Both the position numbers and the translations under genes were made by a program. 64,000 bases of DNA from Eledone cirrhosa (Eukaryota): contig OZ024742.1 in the NCBI GenBank assembly GCA_964016885.1, positions 127,658,001-127,722,000 of the forward strand, in the 5' to 3' direction. The notes beneath the pieces were generated by a model. That model made no database searches and was not told where the DNA came from. It was given only the letters and a program-made list of their open reading frames with translations. Positions 1-10,633 of this stretch are shown here, piece by piece. Numbering within the stretch: the stretch's first letter is position 1; each line of letters begins with the position of its first letter.

Positions 1-880
1 AAAGGCATGGTAAGAAATTCGAATGATCCAAATGGAGTCGTAATGGCCTTTTTCGGAATATCTTCTTTCTTGACAGGAATCTGATGATAAGCTCACACCA
101 AATTGAGCTTTGAGAAAACTTTACATCCTTGCAACGACGATGCAAAATCTTGCAGGTGTGGAATAGGATATCTATCCGGGAGAGTTATAGCATTTAACTT
201 CCTATAATCCCCAGTGGGTCTCCAGTCGCCAGAAGTCTTGGGTACCATGTGTAACGGAGAAGCCCAAGTGCTCGTAGACGGGCAAATTGTGCCTAGCTGT
301 AGCATATGATCGAACTCGGACCATGCTGCCTTCAATTTGTCCGCAGGCAAGCGGTGAGGACGGGAAAACACTGGAGCACCAGTAGTGGAGATGAAATGTA
401 CGGTTGAGTGAATCGGTTCGACAACTCGAAAATTTCCCTGAGTAAGCTGTGGGAAAGAATTTAACAATGCATGATAGGAATTCCCAGCATTAGCGATGAA
501 GGTCGGGCTAAACATTGGAAAATTAGCTTTCTGGCCACGAAGAGAAAAACCAGTAATGCCGTCTACTAGGCATCGGCCACGGACGTCCACCGTCAATGCA
601 AAATGGTGTAGAAAATCCGCTCCCAAGATCGGATATGGTAGGTCAGCAATCGTAAAAATACATTTGAATTCTCGAAGATTTCGGAATTGCAGAGGAAGTG
701 AGATTTGTCCAAAAGTCCGTATCGGCGAATGATTGACAGCTTGTAGATTCATTGATGACTCAGGAGGAGTTTCTTTAACAGTTCACCGGCCAAATGCTGC
801 AGGAGGCTCCCGTATCTACGAGGAAAGATCTTCTGGACAGAAGGTCTTCAATAAAGAAGTGGCGGTTTGGGTGTGTAGCA
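1..880 (-). pseudogene. pol: Gypsy pol (aspartic protease + RT N-terminus), with a premature stop at 93-95
   Basis: ORF 93-752 contains ILGADFL and RT motifs; DTGA lies upstream; RT similarity continues past the stop. Confidence 0.9.
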
Positions 881-1021
881 GAGATCAGCTGCCGCCTTCA
901 GTGACTCTGGTTTGCGTTTCCCGAAGTTGAATAGTTACACGGTGGCCGGCAGTGTTTTGCTTTATCTGCGAAGGTGGCATGATACCAGCAAAAAGATGAA
1001 ATGGTGGCGGGTGAGCTTGCG

Positions 1022-1684
1022 TTATGGCGTGAAGTCGCGAAGGAACGCGAACGACTTCTTGGCCGCCTGGGAGATGGCCTTCTCTCCCAAAATAATATCG
1101 CGACTTGACGCGTCAATCGTCTTCAACATGGCATCCTTGTGAGTCGAGACGGGCTGGTTCGGAAAGGTCGAAGAGGCAACAAGCGAGTCCGACGAGGTAG
1201 TTTTCCTAGAGAATTCCACAATTCGATCGGTAGACGCAGCGATCTGCTCTACCGAGCTCGAGTACACTATGGTAGCCAATATAATCTGGACATTGTTTGG
1301 CAAGCGAGAGAAAAATAGTTTTTTGATAAATGAACTATCCTCATCGGGCGATTCACTGAGGTCCCGAATGTGGCGTAAAAATTTGGACGGCAACCTGTCG
1401 CCTAAACACTCGTCCTCCAATAATGCACGAAACCTGCTTTCAGCAGAACGGCAGTTTCTCCTTAATATTTCCGTCCTCAACGAATCATACAAAGTACCGG
1501 TTGGCGAGTCCGTTATTAAATCTTTCACCATGGTGGCGAGCGACGAAGGTATGCCACTAATCAAAACATTGAGTTTCTGCTCTGTTTTAATTCCATTTGC
1601 AGCAAAATATGCGTCCAGTTGCGCAAACCAGAGCTTGGGATCACCAGAGAACACAGGTAAATTAGGACTACTCATCATTAGCAT
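1022..1684 (-). pseudogene. gag: Gypsy gag (frameshifted near its C-terminus)
   Basis: LPVFSGDPKLWFAQL...LGDRLPSKFLR...LFFSRLP is typical of Mag-clade gag; the RSRSRS/CWYH tail is in another frame. Confidence 0.85.
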
Positions 1685-2240
1685 GTATCAGTTCCACATA
1701 AAAATACTGAATGATATCCAAGTAAAGAAATGCAACGCGTGTTAGATGTTTGGAACAATGGGAAAACAACACAAATTTCCCTCAACATCCATGAAGAAAG
1801 AAGAAGAAAAAAAATATCTGGTGAATTTGCAAAATCCGGAATCGACAAGTCACAAAAATTCAAGGCAGAAAAATTAAATGTTTTTTTTTTTTAAATTGGA
1901 GAAGGAGATGGCATCACATGATGCATCTCAGCCAATCAGATGGCTGCATTTCGGAGAAGAAAGACAAATGGCGGGAACATTTTTTTTATATGTTGTATGT
2001 TTCTCTTAGGTAACTGATTGTTAAAAGAAATAAATAAAACATTTGCTATGAAGGCTTCGTAGAGTCAAATGCTGTATCAGAAGGTTGCAATTTATAAATG
2101 TTCAATGTTTGAAGGTTGCGTTTAAAAATAATGTTGGAGTGTTTTAAAGAACAAGGAAACGGTGCTCAAGAATGTTAAATAATTCAATGGGGTTACCCAT
2201 ATAGCAGTCTTTAGAAGTTTTTAGAAAGCTGTGTAATCCA

Positions 2241-2256
2241 TAATCGGAGTCAACCA
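2241..2256 (-). promoter_or_regulatory. Primer-binding site, degenerate tRNA-Trp type
   Basis: TGGTTGACTCCGATTA resembles TGGTGACCCCGACGTGAT. Confidence 0.55.
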
Positions 2257-2259
2257 CTT

Positions 2260-2625
2260 TGGAATGGGTGGTATTAGTAAACATATTTGTGTTACAACTG
2301 TACAAAGAATAAGAATAGCTGTGTGTGTTTATACTGGTTTACTTCATAGAAGTGAATAATGAAACGTACATATATTTTACCATTCATAGTGAGGAGGCTG
2401 GAGTCTTTTAGGCTGTTGGTGAGTTGAAGATTTGCTCTGCATTCTGGCGTGTTGTTAACGAGACTGTTGCGAAGCGTCAGAGAGAGTTGATCTTTCAGCC
2501 TCTTACTTATAGTGGCCAAGAGGACATAACTCCTTTTACCTCCAGGGGTCACTACCGTCACAAAGGGATGCAACTCTTATTTATTTTAGTTCTGATGTCC
2601 CCCGCAAGGGGGTGGGGGCGCTACA
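2260..2625 (-). repeat. 5' LTR of the Gypsy element (~366 bp)
   Basis: On the minus strand it starts TGTAGCG and ends CA, followed after 3 nt by a PBS-like TGGTTGACTCCGAT. Confidence 0.7.
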
Positions 2626-2659
2626 GTATATATAGAGTAATGTGAATGCTAAAGGGTTA
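2626..2659. mobile_element. Right end of a piggyBac-type MITE interrupted by the Gypsy insertion
   Basis: gtatatatagagtaatgtgaatgctaaagggTTAA matches the end of the MITE at 45889-46113. Confidence 0.75.
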
Positions 2660-3304
2660 AAACATATCTGTTATGTTATTCTACTGTAAATTTATTTATA
2701 TGCTCTGTCTATATTTTCATTCTGAAAGAATTGCAAACGATTTGTAATGTTATTTATACAACTATGAATAAAATATATGTATTATAATAAAAAAAACAAC
2801 ACATTAAAGGAATATATCCTGAAAGAATCGCGAGTAATTTATAAATGTTATCTAAGCATTTGTAATGTTATGTATATATAATAAAGTACCAGTAATGCAC
2901 TGAGTATTTGCTGGCCTTGTGCCTAAAGTAGAAACAATTACATATATATTTAAAACGTATTTGCTATGTAAATTTATTTGTATGCTTTGTATATATCATA
3001 TGTGTTCATATTTCCACTCCCATTTGTAATGTATATTTTGTTGATTAATGAAATTAAAGGTATTTGTCTTTTTGAAGTGTGTGTGTGTGGAAACACACAC
3101 ACACACACCATAATCTTTAAAGTACTTATGGCCTCAAAAGAGCTGGCACTAGGTTAAAGGTTAGGAGTTGGGTTTAAGTGGAGGATGGTCATGACTGGAA
3201 AGTTGTCGAAATTGCTTTATACAAAAAAAAAGCAGAGAAAAAGAATGAATTGGACTGTCTAATATTTGCTTTTAAACATTTGTTCCAGACCATATATATA
3301 TATA

Positions 3305-3907
3305 TCTTCTTCAGTCACTTATTCCTGTGAGGGTCGTGAGGGCAGAGTCCTCAAACACCCCTTCCAGAGGGTCCTGTCAGAAGCAACCATCTCCAGCTGA
3401 TCCAACTGGATCCCCAAGTGTGACCAGCCAAGCTCATGGATCTTACCCAACCCTCTTTCCTGGGAGCTACTCCTGGGTCCCCTGCCGGTTGGTTTTGCCT
3501 ATAAAATCTGTCCAGCGATTCATTCCTGAGACATTCTAACCACATGCTCATAATATCAGAGCTGTGATCTCTCAATTCGGAGAAGTAGCAGTTCTACCTG
3601 AAGTGACTCTCTATAAAGTAATAATACTCTAAAGACCCTTCGGAGCAACCCCATTCATGACCGTATTCTTTCAGTCATTACCCAAGATTCATGTTAAGGT
3701 AAGGGCTGGCAGGAATACCGAATTGAAGATAGCAAGTTTGGCTTTTACGCCTACTTCCCTTCTCATAACCGAATGCTGAAGCTGGTGCATTACTGCACCA
3801 GGTCCTGCAATTCTTGCACTTAATTCAGCTTCCTGCCTTCCATCACTTGTGAACATGGCCCCGAAATACTTGAACTTCTCTACTTGCTTCAGTGGAACTC
3901 CATTTAC
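3305..3907 (-). mobile_element. RTE-clade LINE 3' fragment (second family, GAA-type tail)
   Basis: Homologous to 52986-53842; VEKFKYFG and SWVMT-type remnants. Confidence 0.75.
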
Positions 3908-3916
3908 TAATATTTA

Positions 3917-4317
3917 GTATAGGTGCTCCAACATAGCATTATACACATATATGTACATGTTGTATACAAGATGTTTATGAAAAACTTTTGAGTCTTCTGC
4001 TATGAATTTTTAAAAAGTTGTAACCACCATCACACATCCTTAGTCTCAGCAAAAACCAGGGTAAGCAACTGACTATGTTGTTTCTCACTTGTTAGAGGTT
4101 GTCATAGCTGCATATCCATCTAGTTTCAACTGAGACAAAAATAAGCTAGAATCTTATAGATTTCTCACCTATGTATATGAGCTGGTTTTTGCTGTGATTA
4201 AGGATGTAGTCATAACCTTAAAAAGTTCATAGCAGAAGGCTCTCAAGTGTTTTTCATAAACATCTTATATTCAATACATACATATATGTGTATGATGCCA
4301 TGTTGAAGCACCTATAC
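3917..4317. mobile_element. Fold-back/MITE with ~140 bp imperfect terminal inverted repeats (TIRs)
   Basis: gtataggtgctccaacatagcatt...cagcaaaaaccag is mirrored by ctggtttttgctg...atgttgaagcacctatac. Confidence 0.75.
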
Positions 4318-4504
4318 AAAATGTTTCAATTTAAACCTGGTTGACTACCATTACTGCTGACTTTGCAGAGGAAAATGTTAGTCTGGGAACTGAGGACACT
4401 GGAAGCCTCAATAGCAACCAGTATGAAAAGGCAGCAGTCAGTTAAATCCCGGTATTAGGTTATCTGCTGCACCCCAGTTTATAGCTGAAGCAATTATCAG
4501 TAAT

Positions 4505-4690
4505 TAATTGTTTCTACTTTTGGCACAAGGCCAGCAATTATCCCAGTGTATCCCAGTACTTTATTTTATCAACCCCGTAAGGATGAAAGGCAAAGTTAAC
4601 CTCGGCGGGATTTGAACTCAGACCATAAAGGGCCGTAACTCTTTGCTGCAAAGCATGGCGTCCGACCCTCTACCGATACTGCCACTAATT
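4505..4690 (-). mobile_element. tRNA-derived SINE (same family as 13017-13203)
   Basis: A-box tggcagtatcggtaga, B-box gagttcaaatccc, central ctttgcctttcatccttacgggg domain. Confidence 0.8.
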
Positions 4691-4862
4691 AATGTTAGTA
4701 ACAAAGTAAATATGTGGGTGATGGTGTGCAATTGTGTGGAAGGAGATAAATATAGGGGTTGGTTAGATGTTTTGTCTCTTAGTAATGGGGGAATTTGTGA
4801 ATTTTGTAGATTGGTTTTACAATTGACAGTCAATATTATAATGGAAATTTTTTGTTTTCATA

Positions 4863-6862
4863 AAATCTGTCCACATCTTGAACCTTGGGTGACACCTAAA
4901 AGTCAAATTCTAGGTCACCATCCTTTCCGGCGTGGACAGGTACATGCGTGGGCAATCCCTCAAGGTGGGAGACAGAAAGCGACAGGTATATAAAGCCTAT
5001 ATTTTCCCACGTTTTACACAGAGAGATTGGAGCTGTACTCTATAGACAAGCTATGTAAAGATTCACTGCTATCTACAGGCCGCAGAGGGCTACAGTCAAC
5101 CACATACCATTACTCTTTCTCTCTCCTGGTCGCAGTCTACACCAGCTTCATGAATCATCATCATCATCATCATCATTTTACGTCCGCTTTTCCCTGCAAC
5201 AACAAAATAACGTTGTCAACCTTCGCAACTCGTGGTAACTTGTTTATTGTTCTTTTTGACTGAAGTGAAGTAAACCTTTTTATATATAAAGTAAATCATT
5301 TATTCTTGTTATATCATCTAACAACCACTACTAATACCCTTCGTTACATTAATGACCCCGACGTGATAAAAAAATATACAAAGTGGTATTTTTAAAAAAA
5401 ACGCATTTTTTCTGGTCATGGCTTCCATTGCCAACACCAACAACTTTCTCAACAGCAGCTTTCTCAGCAATCTATAATTCCCAAGCTTCTCATCTATATG
5501 GTACGATATGATAAAACTTCACTTTTTCAAATTATTCACCAAACTTCCATTCTACAGAATATTTAGTGACTTCGCTTTGATGTTTCGATTCATTACCAAA
5601 CACTTCACCACGTGCTTCGTAATCTCCAACAAAAACAACAGACAATACTATTAGCTTCCTAGCAAGAAAACGATCACATAAAGAAGAGAAAACTGAACTT
5701 TTTGTAAAGAACAATTATACAAATATTTGAAAAAAGTTTTTTTTACAGGTTATATATGAACGTTCATTTTTATTTTTTTTTACTGTATTATATGTCTGTA
5801 TGAATAACACATTTTGCATCAAACACACATCATTTTCTTTGTTACACACCAACATGTTTTTGTCTATGGTATGTTCTGAATTCGGTTGGGTTTCTGCGAG
5901 ATCACTTTTCAACAGGTCGAGGTACGGCAACAGCTATTAAACACATGAGAAACAACCCACGGGAACTACACGCCTGGACTCACTCAGGCACACTACTCAA
6001 TATTGCACACACTCATGTCATAGCGTAAACCTCGACTTACTGGAAAAGCATCTTATGTATGATAATACATCAAGAGAAATAGTCCTCTGTGTTATATTGT
6101 AATCTGATACCACAACCCCAAACGTTCAGCCATCCATACACAACGGTTAGAAATACATGATCACAACTTTGTATATTTACAGTTTCTTCTAAATGTTACA
6201 CACATGCATAACAGTTATACGATATTATTATTATTATTTTTTTTTTCTCTCTCCAAATTTCTCTGCACTCGAAATGCGGGCGCAGTACCCACATTGTGTG
6301 TTTTGGGACATGCTTCAGGAATCAGATTTCGCTACCCCTTTTATAATCGATCGCTGCTCCTGCATCGATCTGCGTAGGGAACTAATGTAGCGAAATCTGT
6401 CCACATCTTGAACCTTGGGTGACACCTAAAAGTCAAATTCTAAGTCACCATCCTTTCCGGTGTGGACAGGTACATGCGTGGGCGATCCCTCAAGGTAGGA
6501 GACAGAAAGCGACAGGTATATAAAGCCTGTAAAATCCCACGTCTAGCACAAAGAGATCGGAGCTGTACTCTATAGACAAGCTATGTAAAGATTCACTGCT
6601 ATATACAGGCCGCAGAGATCTACAGACAACCACAGACCATTATTCTCTCTCTCTCTCTCCTGGTCTCAAACTACACCTCATGAACCAACAACAAAAATAC
6701 ACCGTCAACCTTTGCAACTCGTGGTAACTTGTTTATTGTTCTTTTTGACTGAAATGAAGTAAACCTTTTTATATATAAAGTAAATCAGCTATTCTTGTTA
6801 TTTCATCTAACAACCATGTTATTCTATCTAACAAACAACTTCTTTTAATACCCTTCGTTACA
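4863..6862 (+). mobile_element. Non-autonomous LTR retroelement (TRIM/LARD-like): LTRs at 4863-5348 and 6386-6862, ~1 kb non-coding interior
   Basis: Direct repeats of ~480 bp. The 3' LTR runs TGTAGCGAA...TTCGTTACA. A Trp-type PBS is at 5350-5367 and a purine tract agggaactaa precedes the 3' LTR. No intact ORF. Confidence 0.9.
5350..5367 (+). promoter_or_regulatory. tRNA-Trp primer-binding site
   Basis: TAATGACCCCGACGTGAT is a 16/18 match to TGGTGACCCCGACGTGAT, 1 nt after the LTR end. Confidence 0.85.
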
Positions 6863-7277
6863 AAACCATGTGGGTATGTTGTGAAGTTGTTTTCTTAATG
6901 ATGGAATTTATTTATAAAATTATTTATTAAAAATTTATCACATTTCGTATTTAATAACAAGCCCCTCTGCAAGACAACCATTACACATATATATTATATG
7001 CCATCACTGTTTAACATCCATTATGATGGAAACCTTATCAATAGATATATTTTAAAATATCCAGGGGCAATTTGATATAAAAAAAAGTTAAAGTACTTAT
7101 TTTTGTTATTCCAGAATTACCAGCATATGAGATTCTTGCTGCCTCAGGTTGTTGTTTGCCTGATCAAGATCAATGATCAGTTTCTAGGGTCCACCGCAAG
7201 GATGTTGACAACTTGGGCCCCCACTCACTCCTGAGGTGACAGCTGATAAATTATACCTTCTGTGTACAAATAAAATG

Positions 7278-8166
7278 AGGGATCAGATGCATTATGCAAG
7301 AGAGGAAAATGTATTAGTATAGCCATATGATGGATGATAGCTGTATAAAAAGATGCAGGGTAATCAAAGTTGATGGAAACTATGGAGTAAGAAGACCCAG
7401 TAAGACCTGAGATGAGTTGGTAAAAGCTGACTGCAAAATTGCACCTCTCAAAGACAATGACACAGGATCGAGATCAATCGCATTATGCAGTAATACAGAA
7501 GTCTTGCCTTCCCATGTGCACGGATTGAGAGCATACATCTAGTATGCACCTGTTAACCACTATACTCTCTGCCCCTTCAATACATCTCCCATGCCCTAAC
7601 ACCCCACCCACATCTGATCTCACCACGTTTCTCCCTTGCCATTCCACTCTTGCCCCAGACTCCTGTCCACACTGCGAAGTGGTTGTGTTGGTATCACAAC
7701 AGAAAGCACCCAGCCCACACTGTAAAGTGGTTGTATTGGTATCATAACAGAAAGCACCCAGCCCACACTGTAAAGTGGTTGTATTGGTATCATAACAGAA
7801 AGCACCCAGCCCACACTGTAAAGTGGTTGTATAGGTGTCACGACAAAAAGTACCCAGCCCACACTGTAAAGTAGTTGTATACATGTCACGGAAAAAAGTA
7901 CCCAGTCCACACTGTAAAGTGGTCATGTAGGTGTTACGGAAAAAAAGCACCCAGCACACACTGTCAAGTGGTCATGTAGGTGTCACGACAAAAAGCACCC
8001 AGCACACACTGTAAATATGGTTGGCATTGGGAAAGGCATCCAGCCGTAGAAACCAAGTTAAAAACAATTCTGTATGAGCAAGACACGGTCACTTGACCTG
8101 ACTTGCCTCAAATGGGACAACCTGTCTAACTCATGCTAGCGTGGAAAATAGACGTTAAACGATGAT
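7278..8166 (+). mobile_element. RTE LINE 3' end with expanded 3'UTR repeats and (GAT)n tail
   Basis: Homologous to the 3' ends at 13790-14429 and 34660-35173. Confidence 0.85.
7665..8015 (+). repeat. ~48 bp tandem repeat array in the RTE 3'UTR (about 7-8 units)
   Basis: Unit aaagcacccagcccacactgtaaagtggttgtattggtatcataac. Confidence 0.9.
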
Positions 8167-8184
8167 GCCGATTATATAAATATA

Positions 8185-9173
8185 CTAGCAGTGGTACCCG
8201 GCGTTGCACGGGATAAGGTATTGTGAAATATATAACCGCTTTAGCTAAGCTTAGTATTGCCACAACCACGGCTGGCAAAGAAGTAAGGGTCTGGTGGTAC
8301 GTAAGTAAGCAACACTGTGGCTTAAAACGTGAGGAAGAAGTTGTGTGCACTTACCAACTGTTTGTGATTTGTCTTGAGCAAGGGTGGCAGAATAACCGGA
8401 GACAGCAGACAGCCAGACATACAGACAGATATTATAAGGGCGTGTTCTGGACGCAGAGCGAATTGTAGGAAGTGACGTAATGCAGACAGCCAGACAAATA
8501 TTATAAGGGCGTGACGTTATATGTATGTATCTACCTAAAAAGAGAAAGACTAAGAATTATAGAGAGAGATCAGTAAATCGCCTAATGCGGTCCCTAGGGC
8601 ATTGAAAATTTGAAATTCTTTTTGCTCAGAACACTCCCTAAAACATAAATATTACATATGTGTAAAGTTTGAAAACGGTCGGTTCAGTGCTTCTATAGTT
8701 TTAGGGATTCAAACTCACACACACACACATAGACAGACACGCACGCACACACGTGTTAATTACTTATAGCTTTCCTTCCCCCTCTTCCAGCGTCTCTCTC
8801 TCTCCCGCTATCCCCCTCTTTTAGTCCGTCTGTTTCTTTCACTCTCACTCTTTCTCTCTGTAACTCGTTCACATTTCTCCCCTCTATCGAAAAACGCTTG
8901 GACAAATGAGGAGAAGGAGGAGTAGAGAGCCACTTCTTCACTTCGCCTCTCCGTTTCTTTCTCTCCCCTCTCACTCCCTCATTATGTACAGACATTGGCC
9001 ACTTCACTAATTCGATCCCTAGGTCAGAATAATTTAAAATTTTTTTTTGCTCAAAACACTTCCGGGGCCATACGGGTTACATGTGTAAAGTTTGAAAAAA
9101 AAACTTGGGTACTTCTCGAGTTTTAGGGAAACAGACACACAGACAGACATCCTCTGTTTTATATATATATAGA
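8185..9173 (-). mobile_element. Non-autonomous Helitron
   Basis: Minus-strand 5' TCtatatatatataaaacagaggatgtctgtctg; 3' hairpin cccgtgcaacgccggg followed by CTAG; inserted between A and T with no target-site duplication (TSD). Confidence 0.85.
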
Positions 9174-9505
9174 TATGTATGAATGAAGTATTTCCATCAG
9201 AAAGGTACAGGAAAAAAGAGTGCTCTATGTAGACTAGAGAGCTTATTAGTTATGTAATAAACACTGGTAAATGAAATAATTATCTTATAATTATTTCATT
9301 TACCAGTGGTTTCTTGAAGGAAGATGTTGTGTCTGTCTTCAGTCGTCAGAATGAATAAATAACATGGGGGTTTTATTAAATATGATTTGAAAACAAAATT
9401 TAGGAAATATGAAAGTGAGGCTGAAAAAAACGGGCGAAAAGGAAATAGGGGAAAAAAAAAATATATATATATATATACACGATATTAACAAATGGAAACT
9501 ATATT

Positions 9506-9570
9506 TATTTCATTATACATATTTCAAGGACACCAAGTTAAATTATGGTGTGCTTTCATCAGATAAAATA
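9506..9570 (-). ncRNA. Type-I minimal hammerhead ribozyme motif
   Basis: Exact reverse complement of the motif at 9700-9764. Confidence 0.8.
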
Positions 9571-9699
9571 TAATATAGATCAGTTTTATAAATAAATATT
9601 GACATACCCTTAAAAAATGCAACCATTACTGTTGGAAGCTCCGGGAGCTTCCAACAGTAATGGTATGTCAATATTTATTTATAAAACTGATCTATATTA

Positions 9700-9764
9700 T
9701 ATTTTATCTGATGAAAGCACACCATAATTTAACTTGGTGTCCTTGAAATATGTATAATGAAATA
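9700..9764 (+). ncRNA. Type-I minimal hammerhead ribozyme motif
   Basis: Stem I tattttat/atgaaata; core CTGATGA at 9708-9714; stem II aagcacacca/tggtgtcctt; GAAA at 9745-9748; short stem III; predicted UA cleavage after 9756. Confidence 0.8.
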
Positions 9765-10633
9765 AATATGGTTTTATAAATATAGTTTCCATTTGTTAAT
9801 ATCGTATTTTTACTCCAAATATTTGTTGAGTGCTTTATATCAGTTATAAAAATATTTGCTTGTTGTATCCCAACAATTTAAATAGAACTTTTACATATAT
9901 ATATATATATAAATAAATATCCAGAACATAAACATACACACACTCAATTACGCGCATATAGATGTATACTTTCTCACATAAGCGTATTCAAAACGCACAT
10001 TACTTTTTCCACTTCTTTTGATCTTCAAACTTTCACACATCTTTCGACTAAAATAATATATAATTGAAATTAATCTCACAAAATAATATATAATTTTCTC
10101 TATATATTTTCTGAGTAAATCATTCATAAAATTTAACGGTTAACAAACAAGATTGGAGTTATCTTTCCTTTTTCAATCGTGCAAACATAAACATTATATT
10201 ATAATAACTTCGCTAAATTAACACTATTCTGAAAACATTTTCAATGTTGGAACAAAATATTTGAATCTACAAATTGTTCTCTTACAACTTGAACTATGTG
10301 TTTTTTATGTAAAATGCAAAATCAACTTCGTAACTCATATTAGAAATATAAACAACTAATAATTGTAAATTATTTCTATTTCTATAATACTTATATATGC
10401 ACAATTATTAATCTATATAGATATTTATATACTTACAACACATTGTAATGTAATAAGATAAAATCTACTTACAACCATAATTCTTCATATAATCTAATTG
10501 ATTATATATACAATAATATAGCTAAATAATTTAAATTCTGGAATCATATTCCACCATTCCCGCAAATTGTTAATTCCGTTTAAATTAACGTACATACAAG
10601 CTCTTCTTCTTCCTACTCATACATACATATATC

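Larger units (their letters stand above)
1..2625 (-). mobile_element. Ty3/Gypsy LTR retrotransposon (Mag-like), 5' half: LTR, PBS, gag, protease, start of RT; continues out of the window
   Basis: Gag ORF at 1022-1684, with the CWYH...C-x3-C gag tail shifted into frame 898-1116. Protease motif FLVDTGA near 805-825. RT motifs [22 protein letters not shown], then an in-frame stop followed by AYHQIPV...TTPFG. LTR and PBS lie upstream. Confidence 0.95.
9479..9805. repeat. Long near-perfect palindrome (inverted duplication of a hammerhead-bearing repeat)
   Basis: Arms mirror around aagctccgggagctt (~9642), with two short indels. Confidence 0.95.

Noticed and set aside
1000-1120. Programmed gag frameshift
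   Set aside because: The shift falls inside gag before the CWYH motif, and the element has other lesions, so mutation is more likely.
1269-1745. Plus-strand 158-aa ORF and similar antisense ORFs over the LINEs and KLHL (e.g. 11911-12312, 55141-55503)
   Set aside because: These are shadow frames of coding sequence on the opposite strand.
7483-7959. Cys-rich repeat protein (TTTLQCGLG)n
   Set aside because: An artefact of the 48 bp tandem repeat being a multiple of three.
7665-8015. CRISPR-like repeat array
   Set aside because: The units are wholly homologous tandem repeats without unique spacers, lie in a LINE 3'UTR, and have no cas genes in a eukaryotic context.
9215-9252. Possible fifth hammerhead on the minus strand (ctaataa-gctct/agagc)
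   Set aside because: The core is degenerate and there is no GAAA after the stem.
9806-10630. GIY-YIG/RT ORF between the hammerheads
   Set aside because: Only faint hints (CFLCK near 10298) and no continuous frame; cannot be supported without BLASTX.
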